DNA of 64,000 bases from NCBI GenBank assembly GCA_039679675.1, contig JBDKUN010000065.1, forward strand, positions 40,830 through 104,829. Direction: 5' to 3'. This stretch comes from Armatimonadota bacterium. GTDB taxonomy: Bacteria > Armatimonadota > UBA5829 > DTLH01. The position numbers and the translations under genes were made by a program. The notes below the pieces were generated by a model, which did not search any database, had not been told where the DNA came from, and saw nothing but the letters and a program-made list of their open reading frames with translations. Below are positions 46,175 through 57,145 of the stretch, piece after piece (the first letter of the stretch is position 1; the number at the start of each line of letters is the position of its first letter).

Positions 46175-47074
46175 TTAGAATCTAGATCCGCGCCTGATTC
46201 TTGACTTGAATATCAATGGCATTGCAAACACACCTGCAGCACATAACAAATGAAAGAATATTGCAGGCATCAGGTATGTTTTTGGATCAGGAAAAAGAAG
46301 GGAATAGGGCAAGTAGATAGCTATAAATATTCCGGGTCCAATAAAAAACCCGCCGACTAGCACTGCAATAAGCCCAAGCCATGCTTTAGATGATTTCCAT
46401 TGATTGCTCACTGCCATACCGATAATAACTCCTACAAGCGAGCCTATAATAAACCCCAAAAACTCAAGAATCGCCGGAATCCAAAAAGCTATCGGTCCCA
46501 TACAAGTATTTTTATCTATCGGTTGTGCTGCCATAACAATAAACAGCAGAGCACCCGGAAAAGCACCGATCACTGCGCCTGAAGCTATGTAGAACCAGGG
46601 CTTGAGCCTGTTCAACGCTTCAATCTGCTCCTGTTCTTCAGAAGGTGCTGCCTGCTCTTTTGTTTCGGCTGCTTGTTCTCCTGCTCCAATTGCAGCAGCT
46701 ATCTGTGCAACTGAAACTTGTGATGGGAGCATCAATATAGTTATTAACAGCAGGATTATGCTGATTGCTGATCTAAGTGATACCGAAAGCAGGATTAGGA
46801 CAAGGAAGATCATCCACATCAGTTGCCATACCCTTGCCGCGGTCCCACCTTTTGTTATCATCATCCACCAGAAAAGCCCGATGAACAGGAATATCATACT
46901 TGCCGGACTAGCGTGGATATCAATGGGGATTTTTGCACCGGATAAAAGCAAATACAAATAAAACGAGCTTATCAGCAGAAGCGCAATCAGGCCGATTACA
47001 GCTTTCAACCGCCATGCTCTGTCAGCTTGCCGCCATACTGTAAGCCTTATATCAGGATTATCATCCTGCCGCAT
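46175..47074 (-). CDS. Hypothetical polytopic membrane protein
   Basis: GGAGGTG RBS; about 8 hydrophobic segments. Confidence 0.7.
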   Translation of the reverse strand: MRQDDNPDIRLTVWRQADRAWRLKAVIGLIALLLISSFYLYLLLSGAKIPIDIHASPASMIFLFIGLFWWMMITKGGTAARVWQLMWMIFLVLILLSVSLRSAISIILLLITILMLPSQVSVAQIAAAIGAGEQAAETKEQAAPSEEQEQIEALNRLKPWFYIASGAVIGAFPGALLFIVMAAQPIDKNTCMGPIAFWIPAILEFLGFIIGSLVGVIIGMAVSNQWKSSKAWLGLIAVLVGGFFIGPGIFIAIYLPYSLLFPDPKTYLMPAIFFHLLCAAGVFAMPLIFKSRIRRGSRF

Positions 47075-47107
47075 CAGACCCACCTCCGCTTACTTAATTA
47101 TATTGAA

Positions 47108-48637
47108 CTACTCTTTCATCCTCTGCCGCACAATTTCGAGTATCTCCTGCACTAAGCAATCGCACTCGCTGCGGATTTCTGATGCGCGGCTGCTGAGATT
47201 CTGTTTCAACGCTTCGTCGCTGATCGACGGCAGGTTGATTTCAACGTTCAGGTTTGCGCCTTCACAGGCTGCGCGGGCCATCAGTGCGCCGACTCCGGCA
47301 TCCGAGGCGGAATTGACGTTTCCTTTGGCTGCAATCGGCTTTAAGCAGCCGAGCAGAGTCCGCACTTCCGCCATTACGGAAAGCGGAACCTCAGTTGCAC
47401 CCTTGTAAGCCTCCTGAAGCGCCTTTTCTCTAAGCTCGATCTCCTCCGGCGTGTCCTTCGGGAGCTTTATGGCGGCCATCACGGCATCGAACGCCTTCGC
47501 GTCGGCATCTATGGCGCTAGTAAGCTTCGATCTCGACCGTTCAGTTTGCTTAAGTGCTTCGGCAAGCTCCTCGGATACATCGGCATACTTCTTTCTGCCA
47601 ACCGTCAACCTGCAGACCATCGAGCTGAGCGCTGCCGCGAGCGCTCCGGCAAGCGCGGAGACGCTTCCGCCGCCCGGCGCGGGAGATTTCGACGCAACTT
47701 CGTCTATAAACATCGTCGGGATGCTTTCCGCATCTCCCCCACCCCAAAGTTTGTTCTCAAGCACCTGCTCATGGCTAAAGTTATCGAGCTGGAGATAATA
47801 TTCCGCCGTGTTCACCATCGCTTCGAGCGGCACAAGCCCGATTATCTCGCTGTCCGTAACCGAAACACCGTAGCGGACAGCTTCTCGCTTAACGAACTCG
47901 AACGCATCGTGCATCGGTGTGCCTTTGTAGTTCGTCAGGTTCATCGAAACCTGCACACACCCACGCTCTCGAATCGCAAACCCGTTTGCCTTAACAAATC
48001 TGAACCCGCCGTCCTTGAACCTGATTCTCTTGGCGATCTTCTTTGCTGTGTCGAGGTTGTTCGTGTTGAGATATATGTTATAAGCGATCAAAAAGTCGCG
48101 CACACCGACTGCCGTGGCACCTGCGGTCGGGTGGATTTTCGCCTCACCGAAGTCAGGATAGCGCGTGGGGTCAGTCTCGATGTCGTTTCTGAGCCCCTCG
48201 AACTGACCTTTCCGAACAACCGCCAGGTTTTCCCGTTCCGGTCTCGTGGCGGACTTCTCGTAAAGGTAGACCGGAATTCCCAGCTTTTCGGCTATCTCCT
48301 GGCCGAGTTCGCGGCTAAGTTCAATGCACTCTTCTATGCTCACACCTGAGACGGGTATGAACGGAATGACATCCGTCGCACCGATTCTTGGGTGCTCCCC
48401 TTCGTGCTTGTTCAGGTCGATCAACTCTGCTGCTTTGGCGCATCCGGCGAATGCGGCTTGCTTCACCTGATCGGGCTCACCGACGAATGTTACAACAGCG
48501 CGGTTGTGATCGGCGTCCATCTCTTTTCCGAGGACGCGAACGCCCTCAACCCCGGCTATTGCGCCGACTATTGCATCCAGAACTTCAGGCCGCCTCCCTT
48601 CAGAGAAGTTCGGCACGCACTCGACTATCCGCGACAT
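47108..48637 (-). CDS. ftcD: Bifunctional glutamate formimidoyltransferase / formimidoyl-THF cyclodeaminase
   Basis: VECVPNFSEGR, DHNR, HPRIGATD, QVSMNL, then PAPGGGSVSA cyclodeaminase domain. Confidence 0.95.
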   Translation of the reverse strand: MSRIVECVPNFSEGRRPEVLDAIVGAIAGVEGVRVLGKEMDADHNRAVVTFVGEPDQVKQAAFAGCAKAAELIDLNKHEGEHPRIGATDVIPFIPVSGVSIEECIELSRELGQEIAEKLGIPVYLYEKSATRPERENLAVVRKGQFEGLRNDIETDPTRYPDFGEAKIHPTAGATAVGVRDFLIAYNIYLNTNNLDTAKKIAKRIRFKDGGFRFVKANGFAIRERGCVQVSMNLTNYKGTPMHDAFEFVKREAVRYGVSVTDSEIIGLVPLEAMVNTAEYYLQLDNFSHEQVLENKLWGGGDAESIPTMFIDEVASKSPAPGGGSVSALAGALAAALSSMVCRLTVGRKKYADVSEELAEALKQTERSRSKLTSAIDADAKAFDAVMAAIKLPKDTPEEIELREKALQEAYKGATEVPLSVMAEVRTLLGCLKPIAAKGNVNSASDAGVGALMARAACEGANLNVEINLPSISDEALKQNLSSRASEIRSECDCLVQEILEIVRQRMKE

Positions 48638-48647
48638 CAAAATCTCC

Positions 48648-49883
48648 TTACTGACGAACCAATTTCCCCTTCTTGATAACCATATCCACCGGATTTACAC
48701 CAAACCTGTATGGGATTTCCCGGTAGTCGGATATTTTCATAATCAGCATATCGGCCTGTTTGCCTACTTCGAGCGACCCGATGATGCTATCTCTCCGTAT
48801 TGCCTTCGCAGCGTTGAGTGTTGAGGCTATAATCGCTTCCTCCGGCGTAAGCTTCAGCTTAAGGCACGCCAAGCCGATAATAATCGGCATGCTCTCTATG
48901 GTGCAGGTTCCGGGGTTCAGGTCAGTTCCAAGCGCTACGGGCAGCCCGCGCTCGATCATCGCTCTCGCAGGAGCAAAGTCCGAGTTCAGGAAGAAACTCG
49001 CTCCTGGAAGGATCACAGGGACCACTCCTGCGCGCTTCATTGCATCCATTCCTTCCGGCGAGACATGGACCAGATGGTCAGCAGAGACCGCTCCGACCTC
49101 CGCTGCAAGCTCCGCACCGCCTAAATGAACGATCTCATCCGCGTGGATCTTGAGCATAAGCCCCGCTTCCTTCGCGGCTTCGAGGATGCGTCTGGAATCA
49201 TCAACAGAGAATACACCTTTTTCGGTAAAAACATCGCAGAACTCCGCCAGCCATTTTTTACCGATCTCCGGTATAAGGGTTTTCACGAGCAGATCGACAT
49301 ATTCGCCGCGTTTCTCCTGATACTCCGGTGGAAACTCGTGCGCTCCCATATAAGTCGGCACAAGCTCGACAGGTTGCTCCAAAGCAAGCTGCTGGATGGT
49401 CATCAGCATCTTGAGCTCACCGGCATGGTTCAGCGCGTATCCACTTTTTACTTCGGCTGTCGTCGTCCCCCAGGCAAACATCCGGGCAAGCCGCGCTTTG
49501 GCCGAATCGACAAGATCATCAAGAGAAGCCTTCCGGGTCGCTTTCACCGTGGAATTGATACCTCCGCCCCGGCTGGCGATCTCCATATAAGGTACTCCCT
49601 GAAGCCTGAGCGTGAACTCTTCGGCTCTGGAACCGGCGTAGACAAGGTGGGTATGAGGATCGACGAACCCCGGCATAACGATTTTCCCGGCCGCATCGAT
49701 GATTAGCGTCTCAGCGCCCGGCTCTACCCGGTAAATAACATCCCCGGTGCGCCCGATGTCGACGATCTTCCCGTCACGAACGGCTACTGCACCGTTTTTG
49801 ATGACCTTGAGGTTCCACTCTTTGGCCGGAGTAACGACCTGAGCGGCATTGACTATAAGTAGATTTGGAGGCAAGTTATCCAA
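48648..49883 (-). CDS. hutI: Imidazolonepropionase
   Basis: PGFVDPHTH, GGGINSTV, EVKSGY, HADE, SADHL, TDLNPG; probable TTG start after GGAG. Confidence 0.95.
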   Translation of the reverse strand: MDNLPPNLLIVNAAQVVTPAKEWNLKVIKNGAVAVRDGKIVDIGRTGDVIYRVEPGAETLIIDAAGKIVMPGFVDPHTHLVYAGSRAEEFTLRLQGVPYMEIASRGGGINSTVKATRKASLDDLVDSAKARLARMFAWGTTTAEVKSGYALNHAGELKMLMTIQQLALEQPVELVPTYMGAHEFPPEYQEKRGEYVDLLVKTLIPEIGKKWLAEFCDVFTEKGVFSVDDSRRILEAAKEAGLMLKIHADEIVHLGGAELAAEVGAVSADHLVHVSPEGMDAMKRAGVVPVILPGASFFLNSDFAPARAMIERGLPVALGTDLNPGTCTIESMPIIIGLACLKLKLTPEEAIIASTLNAAKAIRRDSIIGSLEVGKQADMLIMKISDYREIPYRFGVNPVDMVIKKGKLVRQ

Positions 49884-49984
49884 AACACTCTCCGTAGAAT
49901 TTGAAATTTCAGGCGAGCTGCCTGCAAGAGTCATTATATTGCAAAGCGGGAAGGATTGGAAGGTTGCCCGACAAAGATTACATA

Positions 49985-51292
49985 CTAATAATTAATACCT
50001 GCGACAATGTCTCCCTTGCTGTCTCTATGAATGAAATGTCTAGAAGCATTCTGCTCCTTCGGGTCAAGAACAGGTGTGCCATTGTTGTTAACACAGTCCG
50101 GGCCGACACTCCAAAGGGTATATTTGTCGCCATCCCTGCGATAGTTTAGTGGAGCTTTGAGCGCAAACATGTCATCAGGGACACTCTTCAAATAAGCGGG
50201 GCAGAGTTCAGAGAGTTTTGCCGGATAATTTCCGTGGTCCGCGTGATAAACCTGAAGCGCAAAAGCTGTTGCCAGAATATTGTTACGCGTCTGGTTGTCT
50301 GTATCGTAAAAGTAGAATATTCGCTCGTCCGGATAAATCATAAGAAGCATAAGAGCCGCGAATTTATCACCATTGGCCATAGCCAGTGGACCCTTTGGCT
50401 CCTCTACCTCCGGGAAAACCGGCTTTGTCGCATAAGGCATCTGAACATTCTTGATGCACTGGTCCATATAGCCAGTGTATTTATCAAACACCTTGATTTT
50501 TACAGGTTCAGAAACCTTAGCCCACTCCTTTATATCTGAGTCCTTGCACTTTCCATTAAAACAGTCCTGCAAAAACAACAACTGCGCTTCTTTCTCGCAT
50601 TTCAGTGACTCATGCAGTGGAAAATGGCGGTTCTGGATTTTCTGCATTCTTGCTATGGCCACTTTCGCCTGTGCGCCGGTAAGGTGCGGAATGGCGTCCC
50701 AGATATGTCGGCAAGTGATTTTTTGACATTTGACTCCGACAAGTCTTGATACGGTGTTGTTATCTCCATGAGCAATCAATTCACTTAAGAGCAATCCATC
50801 CTGACAGCTGTCTACTGCTCCAGCCCAATCGCCATTTGCCCTCTTTACCCGGCTTTCCAGTATCAAAAGATATGACAGGTTCATATAATTCAGATATTCG
50901 GGATACCTCGCGTCTATACCATATTTAAATGGCTGCAGATAATCGTATTTAAGCCCTTCCCGAAGCTTATCGAGCGCAGGCTGGTTTTTCCTAACAAAAG
51001 CAGCGATGTCTGAATCCGAGTATGTTTTCGACTGATTCCCCGGCAAGACAGCAGATTTCATCTTACCGGCATCTTTCAAGTCTTTACCGACAGCCACGAA
51101 GTAATCGTACGCGTTCGGCGACGGCATTTTTACCACTGGTGGTTTGATCACCGGCATACGGGCAGAACCGGCCTTACTGCAACCTGAAATCGTGACAACC
51201 GGCAGTACAACACAGAGCATTAACGGCAACGATAACCTGTAAATACGACTCACACGGCACCTGCTCACTACGCTTGCCTCCTGAGGATTCAT
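49985..51292 (-). CDS. Putative lipoprotein with C-terminal GspG/pseudopilin-like domain, paralog 1
   Basis: ISGC lipobox; PSPNAYDYF; ALQVYHADHGNYPAKLSEL..YTLWSVGPD. Confidence 0.7.
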   Translation of the reverse strand: MNPQEASVVSRCRVSRIYRLSLPLMLCVVLPVVTISGCSKAGSARMPVIKPPVVKMPSPNAYDYFVAVGKDLKDAGKMKSAVLPGNQSKTYSDSDIAAFVRKNQPALDKLREGLKYDYLQPFKYGIDARYPEYLNYMNLSYLLILESRVKRANGDWAGAVDSCQDGLLLSELIAHGDNNTVSRLVGVKCQKITCRHIWDAIPHLTGAQAKVAIARMQKIQNRHFPLHESLKCEKEAQLLFLQDCFNGKCKDSDIKEWAKVSEPVKIKVFDKYTGYMDQCIKNVQMPYATKPVFPEVEEPKGPLAMANGDKFAALMLLMIYPDERIFYFYDTDNQTRNNILATAFALQVYHADHGNYPAKLSELCPAYLKSVPDDMFALKAPLNYRRDGDKYTLWSVGPDCVNNNGTPVLDPKEQNASRHFIHRDSKGDIVAGINY

Positions 51293-51349
51293 TTGATTAA
51301 TAAAAGACGCGGCTATGCATCAAATATTATAGTAGTCTGAGATAAGTTA

Positions 51350-51468
51350 GGGATCGACGAACCATGGTGTAACGATCTTGCTGGGATGACCTTGAGGTTC
51401 CACTCTTTGACCGGAGTGACGACCTGAGCGGCATTGACTATAAGTAGACTTGGAGGCAAGTTATCCAA
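51350..51468 (-). pseudogene. Duplicated, internally deleted hutI 5' fragment
   Basis: LDNLPPSLLIVNAAQVVTPVKEWNLKVI followed by a remnant of the KIVMPGFVDP coding sequence. Confidence 0.85.
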
Positions 51469-51562
51469 AACACTCTCCGTAGAATTTTAGATTTCAGGCA
51501 GCCTGCCTGCAAAGCCGTTATATTGCAAAGCGGGAAGGATTGGAAGGCTACCTGATCTCTAT

Positions 51563-52858
51563 TCACATATTAATACCCGCGACGATGTCTCCCTTGCTGT
51601 CTTGATCGACGTAATATTTCTCAGACGCGGTGTCCGATTTTGCCTTTGGATTAACAACAGGAACTCCGTTATTGTTGACGCAGTCCGGGCCGACACTCCA
51701 AAGGGTATATTTGTCGCCGTCCAAACGATAGCTCAAGGGCGCTTTGAGCGTAAACAAATCATCTGGGACACTCTTCAGATAACCGGGACAAAGTTCCGAA
51801 AGCTTCGCCGGATAATTTCCGTGGTCTGCGTGATAAGCCTGAAGTGCAAACGAAACAGTAAGAAATTCTTTCCTTGTCTGGTTGTATGTATCTGCGAACC
51901 AAAACCTCTCCCAGACCGGGTAAATTATTGAAAGAATAAATTCAGGAGTTACTTCAGTACCGGTTGTTGGTGAATTGCCTTTCACCTCCGGAAAGACCGG
52001 CTTTGACGCATACTGCAACTGGACGTTTCTGATGCACTGGTCCATAATATGTGTGTAATCATTAATCGTCCTGATTTTCGCTTGATCCGGTAACTTGTCC
52101 CAATCTTTTACATAAGCGTCCTTGCACTTCCCATTAAAACAGTCCTGCAAAAACAGCAACTGCGAAATTTTCTCGCGTTCCAGTGACTTATACAGTGGAA
52201 AATGATGCTTCTCAATATCCTGCATCCTTGCGACAGCATCTTTCGCCTGTGCGCTGGTTAGTTGTGGAATGGCATCCCAGATGTGCCGACCTGCAGCTTT
52301 CTGACAAGCGATCCCGACAAGCCTTCCCACGGAATTACTATCTCCATGAGCGACCATTTCACCGAGCATCAACCCGTCCTGACAGCTATCTACAGCGCCA
52401 GTCCAATCACCCTTTGACAACTTCACCTGGCTTTCCAATGCCAGAAGATGCGATAAGTTCCTGTAATAATTATATTCCGGGTATATAGCCTCAATACCAT
52501 ATTTAAATGGCTGCTGATAATCGTATTTAAGTCCCTCGCGCAGTTTACCAAGTGCAGCCTGGTTCTTTTCAACAAGAGTTGCTGTCTCCGATTCCGAACT
52601 TGTCCCCTCTAGTGAAGCTTTTCTAATATGTTCGACATCCACCAAGGACTTACCGGCAAACACAAAATAATCGTACGCGTTCGGCGAGGGCATTTTTATT
52701 ACAGGGGGCTTAACTACCAGCATACGATCGAAGCTGGATTTACCACCAACTGCAATCGCGGCAACCGATAGTACAACACCGAGTATTAACGGCAATGATA
52801 ACCTACAAATACGACTTACACGGCATCTGATCATTATTCTTGCCTCCTGAAGATTCAT
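51563..52858 (-). CDS. Exported/membrane-anchored protein with C-terminal GspG-like domain, paralog 2
   Basis: Colinear with 49985-51292; lipobox Cys absent. Confidence 0.7.
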   Translation of the reverse strand: MNLQEARIMIRCRVSRICRLSLPLILGVVLSVAAIAVGGKSSFDRMLVVKPPVIKMPSPNAYDYFVFAGKSLVDVEHIRKASLEGTSSESETATLVEKNQAALGKLREGLKYDYQQPFKYGIEAIYPEYNYYRNLSHLLALESQVKLSKGDWTGAVDSCQDGLMLGEMVAHGDSNSVGRLVGIACQKAAGRHIWDAIPQLTSAQAKDAVARMQDIEKHHFPLYKSLEREKISQLLFLQDCFNGKCKDAYVKDWDKLPDQAKIRTINDYTHIMDQCIRNVQLQYASKPVFPEVKGNSPTTGTEVTPEFILSIIYPVWERFWFADTYNQTRKEFLTVSFALQAYHADHGNYPAKLSELCPGYLKSVPDDLFTLKAPLSYRLDGDKYTLWSVGPDCVNNNGVPVVNPKAKSDTASEKYYVDQDSKGDIVAGINM

Positions 52859-52940
52859 TTGATTAATAAAAGACGCGGCTACGCATTAAATATTTCGCAG
52901 CTATAAAATAAGCCGGAAGAGTATATGCCATGTATCTCCC

Positions 52941-54587
52941 TTAACCTATTCTCGGCACCTTTACGCCGCGCTCATTGGCAACTTCGATAGCTTTCTCGTA
53001 ACCAGCATCCACGTGGCGGATTACGCCCATTCCAGGGTCGTTCGTTAGCACCCGCTTTAGACGAATATCCATCTCATCCGTCCCGTCTGCGACTATTACC
53101 TGACCGGCGTGGAGCGAATAGCCTATGCCAACGCCTCCGCCGTGGTGGAAAGACACCCAAGATGCCCCCGAAACAGCATTTACGAGTGCGTTTAAGACCG
53201 GCCAGTCGCCGATTGCGTCGGAACCGTCCTTCATGCCTTCGGTCTCGCGGTTCGGGGATGCGACGGAACCTGCGTCGAGGTGGTCGCGCCCGATGACTAT
53301 CGGCGCGGAGACTTTCCCTTTTCTCACCAGGTCGTTTATGACAAGCCCGAACTTGTCCCGCTCACCGTAACCCAGCCAGCAGATACGTGACGGCAGCCCC
53401 TGGAACGCAACTTTGTCCTCGGCCATCCGAATCCACCGCTCAAGCGATTTGTTCTCAGGGAAAAGCTCTAAAAGCGCTTCATCCGTCGTCAAAATGTCCT
53501 TCGGATCGCCGGAAAGTGCTGCCCAACGGAACGGCCCTTTTCCTTCACAGAAAAGCGGGCGGATATATTCCGGCACGAACCCCGGCACATCGAACGCATT
53601 CGCAACTCCAGCCTTCTTCGCCTGGCCTCTCAGGTTGTTTCCATAATCGAATGTTATGGCCCCGGCCTTCTGCATTCCGAGCATCGCTTCCATGTGCTGC
53701 GCCATCGACTTATAAGCCGCCGCAATGTAGGCTTTCGGATCGCGTTTTCTTAAGTCCAGAGCTTCTTCGAAGCTCATTCCCCCGGGAACGTAGCCGTTAA
53801 GCTCGTCATGTGCCGACGTCTGGTCAGTCAGCACGTCAGGAATAATGCCACGGTTTAAGAGCTCGACATGAACCTCGCTCGCGTTTCCGACAAGCCCTAT
53901 GGAGACCGCTTCACCGCTTATTTTAGCTTCATCGACCCATTTTAGAGCTTCTCCGAGGTTATCGGTCATCCTGTCGCAGTAGCGGGTATCGACGCGGCGT
54001 TTGATGCGTGATGGATCGACCTCGACACAGAGGCAAATTCCTTCATTCATAGTGACCGCAAGCGGCTGTGCACCGCTCATGCCGCCCATACCGGCGGTCA
54101 GGACCAGCCTGCCTTTCAACGTTCCGCCGAAATGACGCTCGGCACATGCCGCCAGAGTCTCATAAGTCCCCTGAAGTATCCCCTGAGTGCCGATATATAT
54201 CCAGCTTCCGGCGGTCATCTGGCCGTACATCGTGAGCCCCAGCCCTTCCAGCCTTCGGAACTCGTCACCGGTCGCCCACGCAGGAACCAAAAGCGAGTTT
54301 GCGATCAAGACTCTCGGCGCGTAAGAATGCGTGCGAAGCACCCCGACCGGCTTACCGGACTGGACAAGCAAAGTCTCATCGTTTTCGAGCTCTTTTAACG
54401 CGCGGACGATTGCGTGGTAACAGTCCCAGTTCCGTGCAGCCTTGCCGGACCCGCCGTATATGATCAAATCTTCAGGCTTTTCGCCCACTTCCAGGTTGTT
54501 CATCAGCATCCTGAGAGCAGCTTCCTGTTGCCAGCCCTTACAGGACTTTTCTGTGCCTCTCGGCGCTTTGATTGGTGTATATGTCAT
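52941..54587 (-). CDS. hutU: Urocanate hydratase
   Basis: [46 protein letters not shown]. Confidence 0.98.
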   Translation of the reverse strand: MTYTPIKAPRGTEKSCKGWQQEAALRMLMNNLEVGEKPEDLIIYGGSGKAARNWDCYHAIVRALKELENDETLLVQSGKPVGVLRTHSYAPRVLIANSLLVPAWATGDEFRRLEGLGLTMYGQMTAGSWIYIGTQGILQGTYETLAACAERHFGGTLKGRLVLTAGMGGMSGAQPLAVTMNEGICLCVEVDPSRIKRRVDTRYCDRMTDNLGEALKWVDEAKISGEAVSIGLVGNASEVHVELLNRGIIPDVLTDQTSAHDELNGYVPGGMSFEEALDLRKRDPKAYIAAAYKSMAQHMEAMLGMQKAGAITFDYGNNLRGQAKKAGVANAFDVPGFVPEYIRPLFCEGKGPFRWAALSGDPKDILTTDEALLELFPENKSLERWIRMAEDKVAFQGLPSRICWLGYGERDKFGLVINDLVRKGKVSAPIVIGRDHLDAGSVASPNRETEGMKDGSDAIGDWPVLNALVNAVSGASWVSFHHGGGVGIGYSLHAGQVIVADGTDEMDIRLKRVLTNDPGMGVIRHVDAGYEKAIEVANERGVKVPRIG

Positions 54588-54771
54588 GTCTAACCTCTGC
54601 TATACGAAGTCATCATCTTTCAGTTCGTTGATGGCCCAGGGGATCCATGCCCCATGCTATCTTTCATATCTCCACAGATTAGTGCATGTCCGTCACCTTC
54701 GGTGACGATGGCTCAAAATACCCGTGGTCCGGTAGGTCCACGGGTTAGCACGGAGACCGGCCACTACACTT

Positions 54772-54815
54772 ATTGGTGAATGTCGTGCTTCGGGACGAAC
54801 TGCGGTCCCGAAGCA
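54772..54815 (-). repeat. REP-like palindrome family A, copy 4 (inverted)
   Basis: Reverse complement TGCTTCGGGACcgcagttcGTCCCGAAGCAcgacattcaccaat. Confidence 0.9.
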
Positions 54816-54830
54816 TAAAATTTTCTGGAG

Positions 54831-54852
54831 CCTGAATCAAGTTCAGGGTGAC
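54831..54852. repeat. Palindromic repeat family B half copy
   Basis: CCTGAATCAAGTTCAGGGTGAC resembles both arms at 14048-14109. Confidence 0.65.
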
Positions 54853-54870
54853 GTGGTTTTGTTCCCTACC

Positions 54871-56403
54871 TTACCAGACTATCTCTAGTATGCCTATTTT
54901 CCGCTCCACAGCATCGACTACGGTGTTTTTTCGCACCATTTCGGTGAGTGTGTCGATGTCAGGATAGAGAGGGCGGTCGTCTTTTAGGAATTCCACCTGT
55001 TTGCGTATCTCTTTGTGTGCGGCTGCTGTACCTTTGCCGGGTTTTAAGGGGGAGCGGAAGTCTATGGCCTGCGCCGCGCACATAAAATGAAGCGCCACGA
55101 CGGATGCTGCGTTACCGAGCACATGGCGGAGTTTGAACGCTGCGCCTGCGCCCATCGAAACGTAATCTTCCTGGTCGGCAGAGACCGGAATCGAATCGAC
55201 TGAAGACGGATGGGCATAAACTTTGTTTTCGGACGCAAGCGCTGCCGCAGTGTACTGCGCGATCATCAGACCGGAGTTCAGGCCCTTTGCACCGACAAGA
55301 AAATCCGGCAAACCGGAGAGTTGGGAGTTCAACAATCTATTTATATGGCGCTCGGAGAACCCGCAGAGAGTCGTCATCGGGATAGCGAGGTAGTCCATAG
55401 CTGCCGCAACAGACTGGCCGTGGAAATTGCCGCCAGTCAGGAATTCCTCATCAGCCGCAATGAAGAGCGGGTTATCTGCTGCTGAGTTCATCTCGATTGT
55501 GACCTGCTCGCGGACGTATTTAAGTGTATCCAGCGCAGGCCCAAGTATCTGCCCTGTGCAGCGCAGGCTGTAGCCGTCCTGAACCTTGTCCACCGAGTCA
55601 TCCGCTATGATCTCGCTGCCTTCCGTAAGCTTTCGGATGTTTGCAGCGACTGCATTTTGCCCAGGGAATGGCCTCAGCGCGTGAAGCCGTGGGTCGAATG
55701 CCTTCATCATGCCTTTAAGTGCATCTATAGTCATCCCGCAGGCGATCTGGGAGTTCTTTATCAGCCCTTCAGCGTCTTTACAGAGGAGTGCGCCGAGCCC
55801 GGTGAACATCTGGGTGCCGTTTATGAGTGCAAGAGCTTCCTTGTATGTCGGATCAACGGTCTTAATTCCCGCCAGGTCCATGGCTTCCTTGCCCGGCATT
55901 CTGCGGCCTTTATAAAACGCTTCACCTTCGCCTATGACTACAAGCGAGAGCATAGCAAGCGATGAAAGGTCCCCACTTGCGCCGAGTGAACCTTTCTCGT
56001 AAGTGACGGGGATTACATTCTTGTTGATCATATCAACGATGGTCTGAAGTGTGGAGTATCTGGCGCCGCTGTAGCCTTTTGCCATTACATTGGCGCGAAG
56101 GAGCATAATTGCGCGGACATGGTCTTCAGGAATGACATTTCCGGTGCAGGCTGCGTGGCTCCTGATGATGCGTTTCTGCATCTCACAGGACTGTTCTTTG
56201 TTTACCCTTACCTTTGCGAACTCCCCTATCCCTGTAGTGATGCCGTATAGGACTTCGCCGCGTTCAACCAGTTTCAGCACCAGTTCGTGGCTGGCGTTTA
56301 CCTTTTCGCGCGCATCCTGAGCTATCTCAACTTGCGCGTAGTTGCGAGCTACATCCAGAACCTGCTCGATGGTTAAATTCTCTCCGTTTAAAACAACTTT
56401 CAT
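54871..56403 (-). CDS. hutH: Histidine ammonia-lyase
   Basis: YGITTG, SH specificity motif, MIO-forming ASG (LGASGDL), GGNFHG; hut context. Confidence 0.92.
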   Translation of the reverse strand: MKVVLNGENLTIEQVLDVARNYAQVEIAQDAREKVNASHELVLKLVERGEVLYGITTGIGEFAKVRVNKEQSCEMQKRIIRSHAACTGNVIPEDHVRAIMLLRANVMAKGYSGARYSTLQTIVDMINKNVIPVTYEKGSLGASGDLSSLAMLSLVVIGEGEAFYKGRRMPGKEAMDLAGIKTVDPTYKEALALINGTQMFTGLGALLCKDAEGLIKNSQIACGMTIDALKGMMKAFDPRLHALRPFPGQNAVAANIRKLTEGSEIIADDSVDKVQDGYSLRCTGQILGPALDTLKYVREQVTIEMNSAADNPLFIAADEEFLTGGNFHGQSVAAAMDYLAIPMTTLCGFSERHINRLLNSQLSGLPDFLVGAKGLNSGLMIAQYTAAALASENKVYAHPSSVDSIPVSADQEDYVSMGAGAAFKLRHVLGNAASVVALHFMCAAQAIDFRSPLKPGKGTAAAHKEIRKQVEFLKDDRPLYPDIDTLTEMVRKNTVVDAVERKIGILEIVW

Positions 56404-56571
56404 ATGGCCCTCTTCATTGACAGCCGCCTGATACTTGCACAGCTCATTTAACACTAAATACTATACCACCAGCCGATTGAATGGGGAATAGACTTGATCT
56501 ATTTCTGTTTCCTCAACCACTCATCCGGGTACTAGTAAACATACGCTATAAGCTCTTTACGGAGGTTACGT

Positions 56572-57111
56572 ATGGCTGCGCGGCAGACCTGGCGATGGGT
56601 GAGTTTGATTATCGGGATCATCATAGTTGTAGTGGTGGTTCTGGCCTTTCTGTTTATCTATTCCGGCGTTTACAACGTGGCTGCGACTTATCCTGATAGG
56701 GCTCCTGTCGCGTGGGCAATCGGTACAGCTGCGGATAACTCGATTAAGCGCCAGGCCAGAGGCATAAAAGTACCGAAGCTAAACGATCAGGCGAGGATAC
56801 AGTCCGGGGCGCGCGATTATCAAGAAGACTGCGTGGTGTGCCATGGCGCACCGGGTGTACAGATAGGAGAAATCGGAAGGGGACTCAACCCGGCTCCGCC
56901 GGAACTAATCGATGCAGCAGAGGATTTCAAACCGAATGAACTCTTCTGGATCACAAAAAACGGTATCAGAATGACCGGAATGCCTGCATGGAGTAAAACC
57001 AGTTCTGACGACGAGATTTGGGATATTGTCGCATTCATGGAAAAGCTCCCATCTATGAAACCGGCTGAATATCGAAAGTTAACTCACGGAGCACCGACAC
57101 CAGAACAATAA
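56572..57111 (+). CDS. Membrane-anchored mono-heme cytochrome c
   Basis: CVVCH; KNGIRMTGMPAW. Confidence 0.9.
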   Translation: MAARQTWRWVSLIIGIIIVVVVVLAFLFIYSGVYNVAATYPDRAPVAWAIGTAADNSIKRQARGIKVPKLNDQARIQSGARDYQEDCVVCHGAPGVQIGEIGRGLNPAPPELIDAAEDFKPNELFWITKNGIRMTGMPAWSKTSSDDEIWDIVAFMEKLPSMKPAEYRKLTHGAPTPEQ

Positions 57112-57145
57112 CAAAGCTTAATTGCTCTTTACGGAGGAGTTTACG

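Larger units (their letters stand above)
49800..52894. repeat. Diverged tandem duplication of a ~1.5-kb unit (49800-51328 and ~51385-52894)
   Basis: Both units carry the same upstream sequence, a paralogous gene, the hutI promoter region and the hutI 5' end. Confidence 0.9.
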
